A program made the position numbers and the translations under genes. From Candidatus Obscuribacteraceae bacterium (GTDB lineage: Bacteria > Cyanobacteriota > Vampirovibrionia > Obscuribacterales > Obscuribacteraceae), in assembly GCA_044226015.1 (NCBI GenBank), contig JBGAHS010000003.1, positions 1 through 64,000 on the forward strand: a stretch of DNA of 64,000 bases, written 5' to 3'. Positions 59,259 to 64,000 of this stretch are shown piece after piece; position 1 is the stretch's first letter, and each line of letters opens with the position of its first letter. Under the pieces are notes generated by a model. The model was not told the DNA's origin and searched no databases. It worked only from the letters and a program-made list of their open reading frames with translations.

Positions 59259-61109
59259 ATGGTTGAAACACAAGTTTCCAAGGTGAAGACGTGGCAGGAA
59301 TTGGCTCGTCAGTTGCGCGTGGACAGCATCCGTTGCACCACCGCTGCCGGTTCTGGACACCCCACATCGTCCATGTCAGCGGCTGACCTCATGGCAGTCC
59401 TGATGGAGAAATATCTCCACTACGACTTCGAGAAACCTCAATATCCAAATAACGACCGCCTGATTTTCTCTAAGGGACATGCCTGCCCACTTTTGTACGC
59501 ATTCTACAAAGCTGCTGGCGCTATAAAAGATGAAGAACTGCTGACCCTGCGCAAGGCTGGCAGCCGTCTTGAGGGTCATCCTGTTCCCGAAATTCTGCCC
59601 TGGGTAGATGTAGCTACTGGCTCGCTAGGTCAAGGACTCCCGATGGGCGTCGGCGTGGCCCTGGCTGGTAAGCTCGATAAATTGCCTTACCGCACATGGG
59701 TGCTTCTCGGTGATAGCGAAACCGCCGAAGGCTCCGTCTGGGAAGCGTTCAATACCGCAAGTTTTTACAAACTGGACAATCTGACTGCAATTATTGATAT
59801 GAACAGATTGGGTCAGCGCGGTCCAACTGAATTGCAATGGCAATCTGAAACCTACGCCGCTCGCGCTCGCGCTTTCGGTTGGCACGCAATCGAAGTCGAC
59901 GGTCACAATGTTGAGGCAATCGATAAGGCATTTGCAGAAGCAATAACGGTTAAGGACAAACCAACAGTTATTATTGCTAAAACTGAAAAAGGTCATGGCA
60001 TTAATCTGACCGCTAACAAAGAAAATTGGCACGGCAAGGCGCTCAGCAAAGATCAGGCCAAAACAGCGATCGAAGAACTCGGCGGCGAAAGCACTACTGT
60101 TATTCCAGTGCAAAAACCCACTGCTGTAAATTTCGAAATGAAGAAACCCACTGGCAAAATGGCCGCTCCAAACTATAGCTCTGCCGTCGCTACTCGCGAA
60201 GCCTATGGCGATGCGTTGAAGGCACTCGGAGCCGTGCATCCGGAAATGGTTGTACTCGACGCTGAAGTTTGCAACTCCACCTACTCTGATAAGTTCCGCG
60301 ACGCATTCCCCGATCGTTTCTTCGAAATGTATATTGCTGAACAACAAATGGTTGGCGCAGCAATTGGCTTCGGAGTTCGCGGTAAGCGCTCATTCTCTTC
60401 AACGTTTGCGGCATTCTTGTCTCGCGCCTATGATTTCATTCGCATGGGAGCAGTATCGCGCTCGACCATGAGCCTCTGCGGATCGCACGCTGGCGTATCT
60501 ATCGGACAAGACGGACCATCACAGATGGCACTGGAAGATCTCGCAATGATGCGCGCAGTCAACGGCAGCACAGTACTCTATCCATCAGACGCTGTTTGTG
60601 CATACAAGCTGGTCGAAACGATGGCAGATCTCCCAGGCATCAGCTACATGAGAAGCACCAGAGAGAAAACACCGATTCTCTACAAGAATGACGAATCCTT
60701 TGAAATCGGCGGCAGCAAAGTTCTGAAAAAATCAGATAGCGATAAAGCGACACTCATCGCAGCTGGAATCACCCTTCACGAAAGTCTCAAGGCTTATGAA
60801 GAACTGAAGTCTGCTGGAATCAATGTTCGCGTAATTGATCTGTATTCGATAAAGCCTGTCGATAAGAAGACGCTTATGACTGCAGCCAAAGAAACCGGCT
60901 TGCTAATCTCAGTGGAAGATCACTATCCAGAAGGTGGAATCGGTGAAGCTGTAGCTGAAGCGTTCTGCGGCGAAGCGCAAAATCTCCCCAGACTGGTGAA
61001 GATTGCGGTTCGCTCGATGCCAGGCTCTGCTAGCCCGGAAGAACTGATGGATGCAGCAGGCATCAACGCTAAACACATTGTTGAAACGGTGAAGAAGCAC
61101 GTTAAGTAA
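59259..61109 (+). CDS. tkt: Transketolase
   Basis: SGHPTSSMS, SKGHA, TGSLGQG, GDSE..EG (TPP motif), IAEQQMVG, GQDGPSQM. Confidence 0.95.
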   Translation: MVETQVSKVKTWQELARQLRVDSIRCTTAAGSGHPTSSMSAADLMAVLMEKYLHYDFEKPQYPNNDRLIFSKGHACPLLYAFYKAAGAIKDEELLTLRKAGSRLEGHPVPEILPWVDVATGSLGQGLPMGVGVALAGKLDKLPYRTWVLLGDSETAEGSVWEAFNTASFYKLDNLTAIIDMNRLGQRGPTELQWQSETYAARARAFGWHAIEVDGHNVEAIDKAFAEAITVKDKPTVIIAKTEKGHGINLTANKENWHGKALSKDQAKTAIEELGGESTTVIPVQKPTAVNFEMKKPTGKMAAPNYSSAVATREAYGDALKALGAVHPEMVVLDAEVCNSTYSDKFRDAFPDRFFEMYIAEQQMVGAAIGFGVRGKRSFSSTFAAFLSRAYDFIRMGAVSRSTMSLCGSHAGVSIGQDGPSQMALEDLAMMRAVNGSTVLYPSDAVCAYKLVETMADLPGISYMRSTREKTPILYKNDESFEIGGSKVLKKSDSDKATLIAAGITLHESLKAYEELKSAGINVRVIDLYSIKPVDKKTLMTAAKETGLLISVEDHYPEGGIGEAVAEAFCGEAQNLPRLVKIAVRSMPGSASPEELMDAAGINAKHIVETVKKHVK

Positions 61110-61260
61110 CACAGCACACTGGCACTGGAGTTACGCGATAAAGCGCGTGACCCAGTGTTCAGGGTCTGCGTAAGTAGCGTGGCGAGCTCCCGCGACTTTA
61201 CAGACTTAAGAAGGCGCGCTTGTGATAATCTGATCAACGTGCAAAATTCTGGATAAACAC

Positions 61261-61680
61261 ATGGCCTGGAAAGACTGGTCAGTTAGACAAAAACTCAGAC
61301 TTCAAATGGCCAAGCTGGGACAAGACCTGACCGCGCTTAAATCCGAATTTGATCGCGTTGCAAGCGTCAGCAGCCGGATGGTGGCAAACCGAATTCAACA
61401 CGCTTCAAGCGACTACTGGAAAGCAGTCGATGCCTATTCGCGGGACAGCCTTGATGAAGCTCGCGCCCTGGTGAAAGTCGGCTTACTCGAAACTGCATTC
61501 ATTCGAAAGTTGATGGACGCAGAAACGGCAGAACGCGAATTGGGTGAGAGCATTTTCTTCGAATATGCCGACAAAAACGACAGCGAATCAAGTCTTTCGC
61601 GTATTGAGGCTTCACTTGCGACGATCTGGGTTGAACTTAATCTGTTTCTACTAGATTGCAAAAAAGGTAAGCAGCAATGA
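61261..61680 (+). CDS. Helical hypothetical protein
   Basis: ATG with upstream GGA; ATGA overlap with next gene. Confidence 0.65.
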   Translation: MAWKDWSVRQKLRLQMAKLGQDLTALKSEFDRVASVSSRMVANRIQHASSDYWKAVDAYSRDSLDEARALVKVGLLETAFIRKLMDAETAERELGESIFFEYADKNDSESSLSRIEASLATIWVELNLFLLDCKKGKQQ

Positions 61681-62876
61681 AGTTCATCAGCGAGGCTGTT
61701 GCGAAATGGCAGCTGGAGCGACTCGAAACCCTAGTAACACATCTTCGTAGTCGCGCGAAATCACACAAGCTTAGAAGCACTTCCATAGTGTGCGAACATT
61801 TGAATCTCGCAGATGACTTGCTCGACGAAGCAATTTCTGCAATGAAATATCACAGATATGATCAAGCGGCTTACTCATGCCAAGCAGGTTTCGTTCAATT
61901 AGGACTAGCAGAACTACTTTTAAACCATGCAGCAAAAGTAGATGCCGGAGTGAAAGCAGTCGCAGCGCTGACTAACGAAAAGGATATTAGTGAAGAGGAA
62001 CAATTAACTGCTTATCTAGCTTCATGTCTTGCTGAGATGAAGGTAGCAATAGAATACAGCAACTGCAAAGTAAGTACTCGCGCACACACCGTTCTCGATC
62101 AGGCAATGGACTATTACAATGACGCACTAAAAGCTGTCAAACAATCAAGTCCCGACAAATGCAAGAGATCCTCACAATCAGGCTTGTTATGTTTACTTCT
62201 TGCAAGCGAACTGATTAGCAGCGAAAACATGATGCCACTCCCCGGATGGCGAGGATTATCGAATCCCATGCATTTTGGCTCCCTCAGACGAGCTTGCGAA
62301 CTGTCAAAACACCTCGCAGAGAGCAGAGTGAAATTACACGAAAGAGAGAAACTTATAAAACCTGACAGCAGAGCAGACGAAAAAGACCGAGTGATTTTTC
62401 TTCGAAAAAATTGGGAAAAAGCCTACACGGATTTTCTCTCGGCGGCAAACTCAAATGCACAGGGAACAACTTCACACGCTCAAGCTTTAATCAAATCTGC
62501 TATTAGGAATTTGGAGGCGTGCATCGAGCTGATGAACATCGATGATCCCAGTGAATTCAACGAGGAGATGGACGAACTCACAGAACCTGGACTTAGAGAG
62601 CCGGTAACCGATATTGCAACGGAAATCAAAACGATCAAGCAAATACTCGAAGAAAGAAAAATAGCAAGGAAAGATCACATCATAAATATGCTAGACAGCA
62701 TTTTGAGGTTATACAAGGATGCTTATCGAAATTTCGAAAAATCGCACTTCGTACGTGCCGAAAAATCAATAAGCGATGCCATGCTGGAATTAGATTTCGT
62801 TCGACAACAAATCCAACTTAAGAAGAATCGGTCAACAAAAGAACACTCGGTCAAAACCACAGAAATCGGACCTTAA
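61677..62876 (+). CDS. Helical repeat hypothetical protein
   Basis: 399 aa with about four recurring helical-bundle units. Confidence 0.7.
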   Translation: MKFISEAVAKWQLERLETLVTHLRSRAKSHKLRSTSIVCEHLNLADDLLDEAISAMKYHRYDQAAYSCQAGFVQLGLAELLLNHAAKVDAGVKAVAALTNEKDISEEEQLTAYLASCLAEMKVAIEYSNCKVSTRAHTVLDQAMDYYNDALKAVKQSSPDKCKRSSQSGLLCLLLASELISSENMMPLPGWRGLSNPMHFGSLRRACELSKHLAESRVKLHEREKLIKPDSRADEKDRVIFLRKNWEKAYTDFLSAANSNAQGTTSHAQALIKSAIRNLEACIELMNIDDPSEFNEEMDELTEPGLREPVTDIATEIKTIKQILEERKIARKDHIINMLDSILRLYKDAYRNFEKSHFVRAEKSISDAMLELDFVRQQIQLKKNRSTKEHSVKTTEIGP

Positions 62877-62911
62877 TCGAATTCATCTTGCAAATCACGG
62901 ACTCATGTTGC

Positions 62912-63103
62912 GATGGGTACCGATCTGTTTTCATCTCCAAATCAGTACCGACCTGTTTTCATCTTCAAATCGGTACCGATCCGTTTTCATCTTCAAATCA
63001 GTAACGACCTGTTTTCATTCCCAAATCGGTAACGACCTGTTTTCATTCCCAAATCGGTACCGATCCGTTTTCATCTCCAAATCGGTACCGATCTAAGTTT
63101 CAT
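62912..63103. repeat. Tandem array of about 7 x 28-bp units with ATCGGTACCGAT core (degenerate)
   Basis: CAAATC[GA]GTA[CA]CGA[TC]C[CT]GTTTTCAT repeated between convergent genes. Confidence 0.9.
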
Positions 63104-63172
63104 TTTTGAGATATTCAAGTGGAACGGCATATCTTGTCGTCCTGAGTAAACTCCTGCCCTGTCCACCCGATT

Positions 63173-64000
63173 TTACGACGCGACTTTCTTCTCTTCAGAA
63201 AGGTTGATTGTCATGCCAGCTTGTTCAGATTTTGATAGATACGGAACCTCTGCTGGTTTCATCTGCAAATAGGACATCAAACGGCGTGCGGCGCTACGAA
63301 TCTTCTCCGATCCATGCGAAAGTAAGGTTGAAAACAACCTGGAAGTCTCTGGATTCTTAAAATCAGCGCGCCGGAAAAGCAGGCATTCATCACCACCATC
63401 AAACGCCTTCCAAAGAGATGGATCTTCAATCAGACAAATTAAAGTTACATCGATTAGTTGCGCCGAGAAATTATCAAGATAAGGACCGAAATCAGATTCA
63501 GTCCTTCCGGGATGTTGATAATTGCCATGCCCCAGCTCATTGCTATGCCGTCCGGCTAGCTGCGGAACGAAAAATCCATCATAGTCAACCAAATAGATTT
63601 CATCGTTTCCAATAAGAACATTTCCATGCTGCAAATCACCATGGGCGACACCATTGATTCTAAGCCGCTCCATCATAGTTTGGAACTTTGTCCGCAATCC
63701 TTCCAGTGCATCCGGACTATAGATGTTCCGGTCTACGTAACGGTCTAAGCCAACGCCATCTATCCAATCCATCTTGATGGCAGGATACCAGTCGGCACCA
63801 CATTTGATGCCTTTTTCAAAATAGTGAAAGTCAAGTGTATAAGGTAAATCGTCCGCCATAATGAAATTACTGATAGCCTTGTAGCGCTCTTGCTGATCCT
63901 TCAATCGCGTCGTGAAACACCTGAATGCCCAGCGTTTATCTGCGTTTTTCATTTCGTAAACGGACGCAAACATTCCACTTGCCACCCGAGGCATGCCCAA
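63173..64000 (-). CDS. Protein kinase of the YegI/TerY-P-triad type (5' end probably outside the window)
   Basis: WAFRCF, MDWIDG, HGDLQHGN, LVDYDG, ELGHGNYQHP. Confidence 0.8.
   Translation of the reverse strand: MGMPRVASGMFASVYEMKNADKRWAFRCFTTRLKDQQERYKAISNFIMADDLPYTLDFHYFEKGIKCGADWYPAIKMDWIDGVGLDRYVDRNIYSPDALEGLRTKFQTMMERLRINGVAHGDLQHGNVLIGNDEIYLVDYDGFFVPQLAGRHSNELGHGNYQHPGRTESDFGPYLDNFSAQLIDVTLICLIEDPSLWKAFDGGDECLLFRRADFKNPETSRLFSTLLSHGSEKIRSAARRLMSYLQMKPAEVPYLSKSEQAGMTINLSEEKKVAS

Noticed and set aside
44548..63103. CRISPR or TIGR-type guide arrays
   Set aside because: Units lack unique spacers (linkers are near-identical or of two types), and no cas or Nop-domain gene is recognisable in the window

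Overview
Chromosomal bacterial window with no phage, CRISPR array, rRNA or tRNA that I could recognise. The gene content suggests a non-photosynthetic cyanobacterial relative (Vampirovibrionia/Melainabacteria, Obscuribacterales-like); this is inference, not a database result. Housekeeping and metabolic genes include gyrA, lysS, tkt, an M1 aminopeptidase, cystathionine beta-synthase plus gamma-lyase, a methylmalonyl-CoA mutase large subunit, an Fe-S cryptochrome/photolyase, a GT2 and an epimerase. They are interleaved with three membrane Ser/Thr kinases, two-component genes and many orphan proteins lacking signal peptides. Most notable: (i) a cryptic papain-like protein followed by two paralogous PsbP/DcrB-like genes, a candidate effector-immunity/adaptor module; (ii) two intact genes built from IS3 transposase DNA-binding parts in permuted order with no DDE domain, a candidate domestication; (iii) a TusA / DsrE / TusA-MetE-like sulfur-relay operon; (iv) an XRE-HTH+TPR gene pair with two TATATC-N6-GATATA boxes over its promoter; (v) several intergenic tandem arrays with GGNNCC cores (GGATCC, GGYGCC, GATCGGTACCGATC), the last family flanking a large protein with a possible PD-(D/E)xK motif; (vi) a His/Cys repeat gene missed by the ORF track downstream of two vWA paralogues, with a fragment of its repeat recurring 49 kb away.
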